From contig JAAOMT010000082.1 in assembly GCA_016748015.1 (NCBI GenBank), positions 219,483-283,482 on the forward strand: 64,000 nucleotides of DNA, read 5' to 3'. Shown one piece after another: positions 1 to 13,788 of the stretch. Position 1 is the stretch's first letter; every line of letters begins with the position of its first letter. A program made the position numbers and the translations under genes. The notes below the pieces were generated by a model. It did not search any database and had not been told where the DNA came from. It saw nothing but the letters and a program-made list of their open reading frames with translations. Origin of the DNA: Geosiphon pyriformis uo1. Taxonomy: Eukaryota; Fungi; Glomeromycota.

Positions 1-696
1 ATAGTGAGGCACAAGTTAAAAAAATGACAGCGAGAAAAGCAGTGTAGATGGGATGCAAAATTTAAAATAAAATTAGAGCATTGACATAAGAATATCTAAA
101 AAGAATCATCGATCATAATATCAGAAAACCCTATTACTGTGTCTACTCTATCCTACGGAGGTAAAAAGGAGAACGACGTACCTGAAATATGGACCCAGTT
201 GATGGAATGAAACAGGGCGTACGCGAATAGAGGACAGCAATAAGTTCACGAGTTAGTCAACATCGAAAACATTCCCATGAACGGATGAATAAACGAGGCA
301 GAAGTGATGCATGGAAAATAAACTTTATACTAAATGCCTACCTTCGTCTAACAAGATAGGTTTGACAACAGAAAATAAGAGATGAAAAAGAGAAATAACC
401 ACTTGTTAGTCAGCTATCGGTCAATAACAGAGACGCATAAACATGAACCAAAGAACACACGTTGAATGGAAGGAAAAAGCAGTACAGGTAGATATGTGAA
501 CACAGTCGTTCAGAAAGTGCATTACACAAAAGAGAGGATAATAAGACACAGACAGTAAAAAAAAGAAACATCGTTAGTTGTCATAAACTCTACTCTATAT
601 ACGCTGTCTACTCTAACCTAGTACATACTACTCTACCACCCCAACACCTAAGCAACAAACTCATAATAAAAGAAAATCATATTACAAAGTCGTTAC

Positions 697-988
697 CTGT
701 ATCATCTGTTGCTGTACGTAGTTTTTCTGCCCATTTTAGCAACTCCTCCTTCCACTCCTTCTTTTCTACTTTTAAATCATTTGCTTCTTCTTCCAACTCT
801 TCCTTTTCTTCTATCCACTTCTTCCTTTGCTTTTCGTCCACATCCTCTTTCTCTCTCAGATTCTTCTTCAACTCTTCTAATCTATCTCCCTTCCCACCCT
901 CCATAAACTTCTCTAGCTTCTCCACGCATCTGTCATACTCGCTCTCAGCTTTCTTCAATGCTTGTTTAATATCTTCAACGCTCGCCAT
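697..988 (-). CDS. Probable first exon of a host gene encoding an E/K-rich coiled-coil protein
   Basis: ATG-initiated ORF MASVEDIKQALKK... with heptad-like E/K/L content and no frameshifts. A canonical donor ACAG|GTAACG follows codon DDTG at 697/696, so the ORF-track tail (NDFVI*) is probably intron. Confidence 0.55.
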
Positions 989-1305
989 GGTGTTTTGCGT
1001 GTTTGTTATGGTTTGGGAAGATATGGCCTAATATATGTTTGGTTCGTTTCAGATCTTTGATTATCAATATAAATTTACTATTTAGGTGACAAACCCGCCT
1101 TTGTTAAATTATAACAAGATTAATTATTTTTATATTTTAATGTTGTATAAAATCGGTTTTATTATTTTAAAATAAAAATAATTGTAAGTTTTAAAAATTA
1201 GAATTAATACTATTAAAATTGGATATATTTTTATTATTATTTTGTAATTTTATATTAATTTTAAACTTATTAAATAAAAGTTTATGTATTTTAATTTAGA
1301 AATTA

Positions 1306-1882
1306 TTTTTTTTTATTTTTTTATTCACTTAACAAGTGAGGTCCAAACACTACCTAGTGCTATACATCAAAGAAATGATCTAAACTAGGCATCAATCATG
1401 CACTTTTCACATGTGACCAGCCACTTGGGCTGATCAGAACAACACTACACAGCTATATGAACTAAAACTGGATCACTTATATCTAAAAAAAACAAACAAA
1501 ATTTACAAAAGCCAAAATGAACACCAAAAGCATTAGTAATGCCAAGCAATTTGACCACTTCAGCAGAAAATCCCAAAGCCAAACCAGAAACCAAGACAAG
1601 AGCCGAACCATCAAGTGAAATCAATCTGTTCTTCTCCATATAAGCATGATACTTAGCATGAACTGACCAGATATCTCTCTTAAAAGCAAGACTAAGAAAG
1701 CATACAAATTTAACAATCTCTAAACCAGCAACCTTGGGATTGTAAAAGATAGAGACAGTTTTGTGAAACCAACCATTAAAAACAAAACCTTTATAAAGAG
1801 CTATAAACACAGAGAAATCAAAAACACAGGACAACAACAACTGTAATACACTTAAAGAAGAATAAGAAAAACCAGAAACCAC
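1306..1882 (-). mobile_element. 3' end of a non-LTR (LINE) retrotransposon: ORF2 C-terminus, 3' UTR and A-rich tail
   Basis: ORF 1445-1882 joins the 62243-64000 segment in frame (…WKA|VSGFS…) once element A1 and one TSD copy are removed. AATAAA and an A-rich tract end the element at about 1306-1326 on the minus strand. Confidence 0.8.
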
Positions 1883-2579
1883 TGTTACTGGAGGTTTTTG
1901 GTCTTTTTTCTTGAATATTGTTGATGTCTGTTTGTTGTAAATTCACATTTTCTAGAAGTAGTTGAACCTCCAATAACTGAATTTATCTTCAAATTATCTC
2001 TTATAATTTGAACTGCTGGGCTTATAAGTAGAATAACCAATTCCGTGCCAGTTGCTTTGTGTAGTTATATTGTAGTAAACATTAACTCTTTCTTAGGAAT
2101 TGCTCATCTGAAAGCTCACTAAAAATGTGTAGTTACTTTGCTGTGAAAGTCAATTCTTCTACAAAAATCTCATCTGTAGACTACCCTAATGATTGTAATA
2201 AAAAAATAAAAAATAAATAAAAAAAATGTAAAAGAAATAGAATTCTGTCAAGAGAAACGTTTTTTATCCAGGCCTGGAGTCACTAACAGTTTATTAAAAT
2301 TGGTAGCTAATTAATTTCAAAACGTTAGTTGTGTTGAGGGAATTTCAAGTATAATAATTTAAGGATTTGGTTTTCGAATATTTAATTTTTATTTAATTTT
2401 ATAAAAGAATGATTTGTTCTAATTAAGATAGTTAGAGTAAGATACTATGATAAAATATGAAAAGAATACATTTTCTTGAAGAGAGAAGCTTTTTTTTTAT
2501 ACAACTTGTTGTAGTACTAGTCTTTAAACTTGCATTTTTCTCTTTTTTTTAATTTGGGTGAACTAAAAATACATTTTGG

Positions 2580-3443
2580 TGTTACAGATGTTTATTTGGG
2601 TCTCAGGTCAAATAACAAACTCGTAACTTGGTACTCAAAAGCTATTTTCATTGATGATGTTCTAAAAGTGTTGTATCTGAAGGTTTTGATGGAGTCCTTT
2701 GTATAATGGACAGAGATTCAATAGTGATAGGTGTTCACATGTTCAGTTGTTTCCCAATTTCTTTCTCAGCTTGGTGGCTGGATTTATTCTGGCAGTCGTG
2801 CCCTTCTGGTAAGCTAACCAATAATATATATAAGTCTACCCTTATTTCTGGGTCTTTTACCAGGCTATCTGTGACATCAATAACTTAGTGCTTTTAATTC
2901 TCAATCAATTAGTATGCACAACAAAATCAAAAAAAGAAAGAAAATAAAATAAAGAAAATAAAATAAAAAAAATAAGCCAAGACAATGTAGTAAGTTAGTA
3001 TCCTATCAATAGCCGTGATTAAGAACTATTGTTCCAGTATGGTTAAGTATCAATTACTATCAACATGAAGTGTTGATAGTGGAGAGTAGATTGAGATATG
3101 GAATAATTATTTATTTGATGATTGAAAACTGGAAAATTGCTTAGATTAAATCTAAACTGAGAGATCTGTTTTTTTAGCTTTTAATCCTACTGCTATATAT
3201 ACATAATTGAGATTTCTCAATTTCTCAATTTTTCACAACAGGAATCCTGAGATTCCTGAAATTCTGCAATTCCTTTGAGAAAAATTCTGGAATTCTGGAA
3301 TCCTGCAATTCCTTGTAAGAATCCTGTAATTTCTGGAATCCTGTAATTCCTGAGAGGAATTCTGGAATTCCACATTTTACTACGTCTACTTTTAATTGGT
3401 TAATAACTATGCTAATATATTTCCTATATTTCTATGAGTAACA
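2580..3443 (-). repeat. B1 3' LTR
   Basis: TGTTACAG…GAGTAACA; direct repeat of 11812-12666. Confidence 0.93.
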
Positions 3444-3456
3444 TTATTCTCTTTTT

Positions 3457-4116
3457 TTAATATTGAGCTCTGTCAAAATTCAATTCTTTTAATTTTCCCT
3501 CTTGAAGTATTTCCTGAATTTCATTTTCAAGAATTACTTGTGTTATTTGAGTCTGTAATTTTTCAAATTGAGCATTGGTGATTTTTCCCAATTGATTACT
3601 GGTAACCATATCTATTGCTTTGTTGAATAGGATTTCTGGTCTATTCTGAAATGCTGTGTGTATTTGGTATATAGCTCGAGCTTGTGTGGATAAGTTGTTT
3701 TTCTCCACAAAATGTTCTAGTTGTTGTAGTATTGTTGTGTCGAATAACTGCTTTGTTTTATCCATATATAAGTTCTGGATATTCACATGTTGTCCCAAGT
3801 AAAAATAACAATAGTTTCTTGGAAATTGTTGTATCCAACAATTCCAAGTTTTTTTTGTCAACTCTTGGTATATTGACTCTTTTGTCAATTCTTTTATTGT
3901 CAATTTTACTTTTGTAATAATTTTGTCAATAGTATTTTCTGGTTTCTTCTGTTTTCTGTTTTGCAGTGTTTTTCTAGTATCTTGATATCAAATGGTTTGT
4001 TGATTGATTGTAATCTCTATTTCTTGGTGTTGGATCAATTGAAAGAGTTGTTGTGCTAATGAGTGGATATTGTCCGTAATTTCCATTTTTCCGATATCTT
4101 TTGTCACATCTACCAT
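3457..4116 (-). pseudogene. B1 accessory ORF3 (unknown function), one internal stop
   Basis: 220 codons between integrase and PPT. Homologous to 50990-51649, 31986-32643 and, more distantly, to ORF3 of A and C. Confidence 0.75.
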
Positions 4117-4140
4117 GTCTTTATATATTCTTTTGATGAA

Positions 4141-5520
4141 TTAATTTAACATGTTGTTGTCAATAATGATGATTGGTTCCAGATCTCATGGAATCTCCTC
4201 TGGTTGGACTAGTATCTTCTGTACTCTTAATTGTGGAATATTATTAGTAAATGGTGATACTGTATGGTAATATGGTTTCAGTCAATCTTCATGTGCTGCT
4301 TTGGTTAAGATTTTGTTGTTCAATCTTAATTTATAAGCTCCATTTCCAAGAATTTCTTCAATGTGAAATGGTCCATCCTATTTGGGGTTAAATTTTCCAC
4401 TCCATTGTTTTTCTGCTTTGATATGATGTAGAAGTACTTTGTCTCCAATCTTGAATTCAACTGGTTTATCTGGTAATTAGTTATTATGTTGTTCTTTCTG
4501 TTTTTCTTGTGACTTTTGTATGTTGTCAGCTGCTTTTTTTTTTGTTTTCCAGAGTTTCTATTAAGTCATATGTTCTTCTTAACAATGTTTCTTGGAAATT
4601 CTGTTTGTTATTGGTTCTGTTGGATACATGTTGACTTCTATCTTAACTGGTAATGTTGCTGTTCTACTATATACCAATTTAAATGGTGTTGCTTGTGTAG
4701 TATATTGCTTTATTGCCCGATAAGCAAATAATACTGATGGTAATAACAAATCCCAATCATTTTGATTTTCTTGGCTCAGTTTGGTTATCACTTTACACAA
4801 TGTTCTGTTAAACCTTTCAACTAATCCGTTGGTTTGTGGATGATATGATGATAATAGTGGCCTCTTAATTCCGAATCTTTGGCTTAATTCTGCTAATGTT
4901 CTGTTCACAAAATGAGTTCCTTGGTCTGAAAGTAATTCTTTTGGACATCTGTGTTGACAGATCAAATCTTGATGAACGAATTCGGCAATGAATTTTGCAT
5001 CTGCTCTTTGAATTGCTTTTGCTTCTGGCCATTTGGTAAGATAGTCTATGGCTACTGTTATGTATCTGTTTTCTCTGCTGGTGATTGTCAATGGTCCAAC
5101 TAAGTCAATTCCAATTTGATCAAATGGTTGTCTCATTTTGATTGGTCTTAATGGTTCACTGGGCCTTATTCCTCCTTTTTTTTGGCAAGCATCACAATTT
5201 TGAACATATTGGATAATGTCTGGGTACATTGATGACCAATAGTATCTTTTTTTGGCTCTTTTTATTGTGGCTTCTTTGTGAAAATGTCTTGCTGTTAGAT
5301 CTGAATGTATGTTGTACAATATTGTCTCTTTTTCTGGCTCTGTAACAACTCTGAGTGATTGATTGGGTTCTTTTTTGTTTTTCCAATAAAGTATATTTTG
5401 GTAAGTGATAAAATATTTTGATTGTTGTTTTATATGGGTTTGTTCTTTTTGAGATAATTTCTCCTTAAACAGTTGGGTATTAATATAGTGTTGGAGTTGT
5501 TGGTATTTTTGTATGTTCAT
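4141..5520 (-). pseudogene. int: B1 integrase (stand-alone ORF)
   Basis: ATG MNIQKY…, H-H-C-C (IHSD…HF…CDAC), GIDLVG/SDQG/GLVERFN DDE core and GPF motif; frameshift near 4590. Confidence 0.9.
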
Positions 5521-5582
5521 CTTTTGTTATATTTTTATTTGAATTCTTTTGGGTTTTGTTATATTTTTGGTTTGAAACATTT

Positions 5583-8500
5583 CTAGATTTGTCTTATTCG
5601 CGACAATCCGTCTGCGTTTCCATTGTCTTTTCCTTTTTTGTAATGTACTATATAATTAAATGGTAACAATTCTATTTTCCATCTTGCATGATGTCCATCC
5701 CCAAATTTTTGTTTCTGGATTGATGTCAATCCTTTGTGATTAGTGTACACATCAAATTTTTGGCTCAAGTATTCTTTCCATTTGGTTACTGTCTAATAGA
5801 TAGCCAAATGTTCCAATGCTAGTGTTCTATAGTTTCTCTCAGCTGGAGTTAGATCTCGACTTGTATAAGTTACTAAATGTTCTCTTCCATTCAGACCTCT
5901 TTGTGACAATACTGCTTTCAATGCTTGGTCTGATGCATTTATAGTAATCATGAATGGCTTGTTGTGATTGGAGTATATCAATACTGAAGCTTGAATTAGC
6001 TTCTTTCTTAGTATATCAAAAGCTTCTTGTTGTGCTTTAGTCCATTCATATTTAATGTTCTTTGCTAATAATTGATTCAGTGGCTGGGCTATTTTGGAGA
6101 AGTTTTGGATAAAGCAGTGGTAATATCTAGCAAATTCTAAGAATGCTCTTAATTCAGTGAGATTCTTTGGCTCTGGAAAGTTTTTGACTGTCTCAAATTT
6201 TTCTTGGATCCGTTTTGAGCTGTTTTTGCTTACCACATGTCCCAAAAACTGAAGTTTTGTTTTTCCAAAGAAACACTTATTAGCATTGAGCTTTAATCCA
6301 GCTTTTCTTAATCATTCAAACATCTGTTGTAAATGGTGGAGATGATTATCAAATGTTTCTGAGAATACGTTGGTGTCATCCAAGTATACTACAACTGACT
6401 TCCATAGCAAGCCTTGATATATGATCTTCATTAGCTGTTGAAATGTGGCTGGTGCATTCATTAAGCCAAATAGCATGATTTCAAATTCGAAATTCTCTTC
6501 TCTGGTAATAAAAGCAGTCTTTTCTTTGTCATCTGGGTTCATGGCTACTTGTCAATAACCACTGTCCAAGTCTAATGTTGAGAACCATTTCTTTCCTCCA
6601 AAAGCATCAAACAATTCTTGAATTTTGGGAGTCAGATAGCTGTCACCACGAGTAATACCATTGAGCTTTCTGTAGTTCACACAAAAGCAAATCTTTCCAT
6701 TCTTTTTCCGAACTAGTATCACTGGTGATAACCATTGGCTCATTGATGGCTGAATTAGCCTGTTGTCAAGCATCTGATTAATTTCTTGATAAATGATCTC
6801 ATGGCTGGCTAGTGGCACTCTGTATGCTCTTTGTTTAATTGGCATTGCATCTTCAGTCTTAATTTGATGCTAAATGATATCAGTTCTGCCAAATTCATTT
6901 TCACTGGCAAAGATGTCATTGAATTTGTTAAGCAACATTTTGAGCTGCATCTGTTGGAGTGGGTCTAAGTTATCCATGTTCATTTGCTCCAATTGTTCTG
7001 ATTGGAGCAAGCAACATTTGTTTTGTTTGTAAATTGCCTGTAATGTGGTATCGATATACTCACAAAGTTGTGGAAAGTCTGAAATGTAGTGTGGTGGCTG
7101 GTCTTCTACTTCTGTGCTTAAATGTCCAATTGTGGTTCCTTCTGGAACTTCGATGATGTCTCCAGTGTTGTTGTAGATGGGAATTTTTATGTGGCTATGA
7201 TTCTTGGCTGGCACATAGAGATTGATGAATCCAATTTTTTCTGATTTACAAAACATTGGTTCTGCTTCAAAAATTTGATCCTGATTCTTCACTTTCCACT
7301 CTATAATTACCATGTGCTGGCCATATGGCGGAATGGAAATTGGTTAACTGATGGAGATAATTTCTCTTTTGCCAACAATTTCTTCTTCTGCCATATTGAC
7401 TGGCACATCTATTCTACCTGTGGATCCAAATCCCTGTATCCTTCTTGCTGTCATCCCTAATTTTTTTCTTGTTTCCATTAACACTAATTTAGTTACTTTA
7501 ACTAGAAGTAGGAATATTGCCTGTGCTATCTTTTCATTTGGCTCAATGGTATAAGCTTTTTCTGAGTCATTTTGTAGCATAGCAATGATATTTCCTACAT
7601 ATCCTGCATCAATTATTCCTTCTCTGATGTTGACTCCCTTTTTTGCTAAACTACTCCTAGATACTAATAGAGCCATGGTGGTAGCTGGGATCTCCATTGC
7701 TACTTTCAAATCAATACTGGTGTGCGAGTGTGGTTCTAATTTGATGGCATTTTTCTCTGAATACCTCAGATCAAATTCTGCATCAGTATTATGCGTGTGT
7801 TCTGGCATAATATCCTCATCATTATCACTGAACCATTTAAGTTCTTGCTTTTTAGTAAGATTAGGAAGCGCAATATATTGCTTATAGTTTGAATTGGAGT
7901 TTGAATCTGAGTTCTTTTTGTTGTCATATTGAACCAAGCTGGAACCAGTGTTTTTGTTGTTATCATTGTCGGAGTTTGAATCGGGATTGACAATCGATTC
8001 TGATTCCAATGCACAGTTGCTAATTGGTTTGATTTTTTCTAGGATGGTGTATATCATGTGTGGTGGTGAATTGTAGATGAGATCACAATTGTCACAATAT
8101 TCAAAGTCACTGGGAATTAAGCAATAGCGACACAGCCTTGTATTCAATTGTGCTAGCCATTGTTCTTGCTTCTTTCTCATGGGTGCCAGGTTCTGATAGT
8201 GCTCATAGAATTGCTCGGGATTGTTTTCGACATTATCGAAAACATTGAAAGTTACAATGTACTTAGGTTTAGGAAGAGTAAGTGGGTTGTTTTTAATTTC
8301 CAGTAGTTTGCTGATTGTGACACCTTCTGCCATAGTGCTGGCCATTCTTCAGATTTTATGTTCGTTGTACAGGTACTTTTCCAAACATCGTAATGCTCTT
8401 TTCCAAGTGTTGTCAATGGAAGTTCTTTTATGTACCCAATCATTTATTAAAATAGTATACTGGCATGTTTTGTCACACGTTCCTCTCCATCCAGGAATGT

Positions 8501-11500
8501 CGTTCCATATTCCTTCATCTAAGAGAGTCTCTCCACAAGCTAGACATGGTGTATTATCCTATTTTCTTACTCATTTTGGTCTCCCAAAACATTTTAGAAC
8601 GTATGAGCAGCAATAGAATTTAGTTGTCATTGAATACTCCTCATCGTCATCACAGCATGTACCCATCGACGACAATTTCTTGCTGCAATTGATGCATATC
8701 AGTTTGGGTCGGCGATAAGTCAATAATAGTTGTTGACCATAGGTGTATGAGATATAAGTGTTGTTGGCTTGAGTGTTTTCTTTCTCTCTTTCTTTCCCTT
8801 TTTCTTTTTCTTCTTTCTACTTCTAACTCAATGGTTCTTCCTGTTTGTTGTCAGTCCAGGTCAAATCATCTGTCTCCCAAGTCAGTTCTTCTTTTTGCTT
8901 TATCTTGGGGTTGTTATTCTATGAGAGTATTGGTGGCAGTTTGTTGTGATCTGGGTCAGCCCACAAAACTTGGTAAGCTTTCCAAGTCGGTTTCTTTTTT
9001 TCTTCTTTCAGCTCAATCAATGGTTCTTCCTTTAAAAAAACCTTGAAATGGCCACATGTGGCTGGCATATATGTGTGTTGGTTATTAAATGTCAGCTGGA
9101 GCTCTTGTATTGTCTAGTCTAAAACGGTCTTGGTTTTGGACAACCAGTTGTTGCCCACTAAGACTTGGTATTGCATGGCTTCTATTACCAAGACTTTGAT
9201 TGGTACTGTGATACCATTGACTTCGATTAAGAAGGCATTGATTTTGCCAATAGGCATTTTGGTTGTTCTATTGGCTGTGATGATTCTGGCACTGGCAGCT
9301 CGATTAACTTGGCAATCTAATTGGTTCATGAGTTGTCATGTGATGATACTGCCTACTGAACCGCTATTGAGAATCAATTTGATGGATTGACCATCAACTT
9401 TGGCATCTGTGTACATTGTGGTGATGGGTTTTTCATTGAGAGCAGCTCTACTAAATAATGGGGTATTTGACAGCTCTTCAGTCTCAAATGAGAAGATAGT
9501 GGTTAGTGATTTGTCATTAGTGACTGTTGCTGGCAGAATATTGCTAATAAGTGTTTGTTGTTTTTGGGTGGGTTCCTGGTTATTGGCTGAAGCATTTTCT
9601 GGGGTGACCAAGAGACTTAAATAGTTCTGGGAATTCAGGTTCTGGGGTTGACCAGTACCCAAATTCTGCTGGCGTAATCCAGATGGTTGCTGTAAAGAAC
9701 TGAAGATCAATTGATGGACTACCATCGCTGATCTCCAGTTCTGTTGAGTCATTCTCAGTCTTTGTGTTCTATTGTGTGGTAAGTTTTGGGGCAGTGTTTG
9801 AATTTGTTGGGGTTAATAGATTATTTGTGGCTGTGGTTGTTAATAAATTACTTGTGACTGCAATTAATAAATTGGAGCTTGATATATTGGAGACTGATAG
9901 ACTGATGACTGCATCACTGGTAGATAAGTGAGTTGGTTTTGATTTGGCTACTGGTTCGGAGTTTGGAACTGGCAATTAGGGTTTTGATATTGATTTCCCA
10001 ATCATTAGTTATTTAAGCATTGGCAGCAATTGACTTGTATGTATCCTTGTCTACCACAGTAGTGACAAACATGCATTTTTTGTTGACACTGTTGATTGGC
10101 CACAAATGATGAACGTGGCTGATTTTGGACACAATTGGAGTTTCCCTGATTGTTGTGTCATTGGAACAGTTGATAGATTGCTCAATTGTTAGCTAAGTAT
10201 CCCTCTAATTTTTAATTAATGGAATTACTGAATTGTTTCAATTTAGAATTCAATTCAGATGATCTGTTTATTGTTAGATTTATGGCTTGGGCATGGTTGG
10301 CTTTAAGTTCAACTGATTCGAAATCTCAGGCATGTGTAACTGCTGCTTGAAGGTTGGCTGGATGTAATGGATATATGCGTTGCAAGATGCTGCTTTGTAA
10401 GCCGCGAATAAACTGGTTCAGGATTTGTGGTGCTGTGAAGTAGTTAACATTTATGGCTTGAATTTGGCACAGATTGCGATGAAAGCGTCCCAAGTAAGTG
10501 GTAACTGCTTTTGTTTCTTCTTGTCTAATGCTGATAAAGATGTTGGTTAGGCAATTGATACTGTTATTATTATTAAAGTACTGGAGAAATTCCTGTTTGA
10601 ATACAGTAAAATCCTGAGGCTTGTTAATCAAGCTTTGGTATCATGAGTCAGCAGTATCCTGGAGAAAATATGAAATGGCCTGTAGAACATGTGCATCATT
10701 CCATCTGTTGGCTGCAATGGCTTTCTTAACATTGTTAAGCCATACTTGGGCATCGTCTTCCTCGCCAGTGAACTTCTCAATTTTGGTGATAAGTGCATAG
10801 ACCATTTGTTGAACTGGTTGAATTGGTTGCTGAGGTGATACTTGAAGTGGTTGAATTGGCTCACTGATCAGCTTAATTGGTAGTTGATTGATGACGATTA
10901 CTGGAGATAAGTTTTGCTGATTAATTAATTTGGAGTTTGGATTGTTCTGTTTTTGATGATTTGGAGTTTTGATTTCCGAATTTTTTAGGTTTAGATTTTG
11001 CTAAGTTTGAAGATTCGGGGTTTCAACTTCTGGATTTTTAGTGATTAGGTGCTGGTAAGTGAATTCTTGATCTTTTGATTCTTCTTCTTCTTTTTCTGAT
11101 TCCATTACTTCCCATGGATCAGAAATTCCGAAATTTGGTAGAGGCGGTGGTGATCAAAGTCCTAATGGGATTGATGATCGCGAATTAAATCTCTCAAAGT
11201 ATTCACTGTATGGTCCTAATAATTCTGTTTTCTTTGTCTACTTTGGAATGAAAATTGTCCAAATGCTGATGTCACAGTTGATGAGAATGCATCTGTTAAT
11301 GGTATGTTGATGGCGCTTTCAGGTATATAATAGTAGAATGGGTTGCTTGGAGATTCAATTCTGTTTTTCTTCCAACTAGGTGGTTGTATCTTTCTGGGTG
11401 TTACTGCTGGTGTTTGTAGTTTTCTTTTGTCTTTACTAGCTTATGTAATTGGATATCTTTGTTGGGTGTGATGTTTAATTTCTTTGTTGATCTCAGTGAT

Positions 11501-11749
11501 GATGGATGCAAAATTATGATTTGTTGGTAGGTTGGTGTTTTGAATTAATTCTCTATAGAAAGTTTCCCTTGCTGATTCAGTATTCACTGGTGTTCCTAAC
11601 AAAGAGGAAATTTTTTTATTGATATAGAAATTGAAGGCTGATTCAGTAAATATATGATTGTGGTTTAATCCCAAGTATTAACAATAGTGTTGAAATAAAG
11701 ATTTTGCAAATTCTAAATGGTTTGCTCCTATATTTTCTGATTCTGCCAC
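5583..11749 (-). pseudogene. gag-pol: B1 gag-pol (Gag, zinc knuckle, protease, Cys-rich domain, dUTPase, RT, RNase H), degenerate
   Basis: LILNSGS protease motif, dUTPase motifs at ~7410-7840, VVVYLDD RT and RNase H ending NADGLSRIRQI*; fragmented by stops. Confidence 0.9.
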
Positions 11750-11811
11750 TTTTGGATGATGTTTGTTGGTGCTGGTTCTCTGTAGGATTATATTTCACAG
11801 GAAGCACCAAA

Positions 11812-12666
11812 TGTTACAGATGTTTATTTGGGTCTCAGGTCAAATAACAAACCTGTAACTTGGTACTCAAAAGCTATTTCTGTTGATGATGTTCTGAAAG
11901 TGTTGTATCTGAAGATTTTGATGAAGTTCTTTGTATAATGAACAGAGATTCAATAGTGATAAGTGTTTGCGTGTTCAGTTGTTTCCCAATTTTTTTCTCA
12001 GCTTGGTGGCTGAATTTATTCTGGCAGTCATGCCCTTCTGGTAAGCTAACTGATAATATATATAAGTCTACCCTTATTTCTGGGTCTTTTACCAGGCTAT
12101 CTGTAACATCAATAACTCAGTGCTTTTAATTCTCAATCAATTAGTATGCACAACAAAATCAAAGAAAGAAGGAAAATAAAATAAAAAAAATAAAATAAAG
12201 AAAATAAGCCAAGGCAATGTGGTAAGTTAGTATTCTGTTAATAGCTGTGATCAATAGCTATTGTTCTAGTGTGGTTAATTATCAATTACTATCAACATGA
12301 AGTGTTGATAGTGGAGAGTGGATTGAGATATGGAATAATTATTTATTTGATGATTGGGAACTGGAAGGTTGCTTAGATTAAATCTAAACTGAGAGGTCTG
12401 TCTTTTTAGCTTCTAATCCTACTGCTATATATACATAATTGAGATTCCTCAATTCCTTAATTCCTCAATTCTTTACAACAGGAATCCTGCAATTTTTTTA
12501 AGAAGAATCCTGGAATTCTGAAATTCTGCAATTCCTTGTGAAAATCCTGTAATTCCTGGAATCCTGCAATTCCTGAGAAGAATTCTGGAATTTCACATTT
12601 TACTACGTTTACTTCTGATTGGTTAATAACTATGCTAATATATTTCCTATATTTTTATGAGTAACA
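11812..12666 (-). repeat. B1 5' LTR
   Basis: Followed on the minus strand by the PBS TTTGGTGCTTCCTGTGA. Confidence 0.93.
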
Positions 12667-12924
12667 TTAGCAAACTACAAGTTATTTCACTGAATTATTT
12701 GATTATTTCAGCAAATTTTCATTAATTTCGACAAATTTTGTCTATATTAAATGGTTCAGGGTATTGTGTAATTTGATCATCTCAATTTCTAGAGTACAAA
12801 TTAGGTTATTGGTTGAATTATGATAATTGCTAATTTGATTAAAATAATAAGTAATATTTGATTTGATAATAATATGCTAATTAATAATAGGAATTATGAG
12901 GGTAATTTCATGCTAATTTAATAG

Positions 12925-13632
12925 CTAAAATTCTACTGGTAACATAATCTCCTCCTCAAGACTGAGCTCTGTCAAAGTCCAAGCACTATCTGTAATATTA
13001 AGATAGTGGTCCAAAATAATTAAAGTAATTTGGTCTGAAAATTGTTGAAATTTCAGTTCTGTGAGCTTTCCAATGTATTGAATCTTCATTGGTTGGAGTA
13101 TTGGGTTTTGTAGAATGTTTTCACACATATTGAATAGATCATAGAGTCTATAAGCTGCTCTAAGTTTGTAGTAAATGTTTGTTGGTCCAGCTGCTGTCTT
13201 GAATTCATTGTGAATTTGTTTTTGTATAGCTTTAGAAATGATGTTTGTTGCTTCAAATTCTAATTTTTGTTTATTAAGTGTTTTTCCAATATAAAAGTAT
13301 CTATAAATAAGGATATGTTTATTGTTCTGTTTATTGAAAAGTAGTAATAGTTTTTGTTGAAATATGGCATTTGGTGGAATGTTAATAGGGGCAAATAAGA
13401 GGTTTTCTTTTAAAGCTTGTTTTAAAAGTTCTGGTAATTAACTTTCAGAATAACTTTTTGTTTTTCTTTTATAGGGATAATAATTCTGAGAATTATTCAC
13501 TATTAGGGCTGTGGTTTTTTTCTGAATGTAATTAATTTGACTTCCATTAATTATTATAGATAAGTCAGGAAGTGTTTTCAAAGCTAGCATTAATTTTTGG
13601 GATATTTGTTGGATATTTCGGAGAATAATCAT
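12925..13632 (-). pseudogene. A1 accessory ORF3 (unknown function), broken by stops
   Basis: Fragments 13438-13632 and 12925-13128 match the intact A2 ORF 34529-35236. Confidence 0.75.
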
Positions 13633-13788
13633 GATAAAGATGACTAATTAATAAGAAAAATAAAAAAAATTATTTTTGGGTATGGGGTTTTTATTTGTTT
13701 TTGGATTTGTGTGTTTCTTGTGATTATTTACAATTTTTGCTTTCTGTTTTTGTGTGTATTATTAAAAGAATTATTATAAAATGTTAAA

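Larger units (their letters stand above)
2580..12666 (-). mobile_element. Ty3/Gypsy LTR retrotransposon B1, inserted in the A1 3' LTR
   Basis: LTRs 2580-3443 and 11812-12666. PBS 11793-11809, PPT 3444-3458. TSD TTGG(2576-2579)/TTAG(12667-12670). Confidence 0.93.
1883..12944 (-). repeat. A1 3' LTR, interrupted by B1 (1883-2579 and 12671-12944)
   Basis: The two halves join into a sequence colinear with 61279-62238 (…ACATTTTGG|CAAACTACAAG…). Confidence 0.92.

Noticed and set aside
2706-2888. Recurrent short ORFs in B LTRs (2706, 11938, 20990, 42458, 43035, 52283, 60488)
   Set aside because: They recur because the LTR recurs. Starts and ends vary, and conservation is explained by RNA structure or tandem repeats.
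3457-4116. ORF3 as an envelope gene
   Set aside because: No signal peptide, transmembrane helix or obvious fusion peptide, and it is short.
7351-9624. Many antisense and alternative-frame ORFs over gag-pol (here and in the other copies)
   Set aside because: Shadow ORFs of biased coding sequence with no motifs and inconsistent boundaries between copies.
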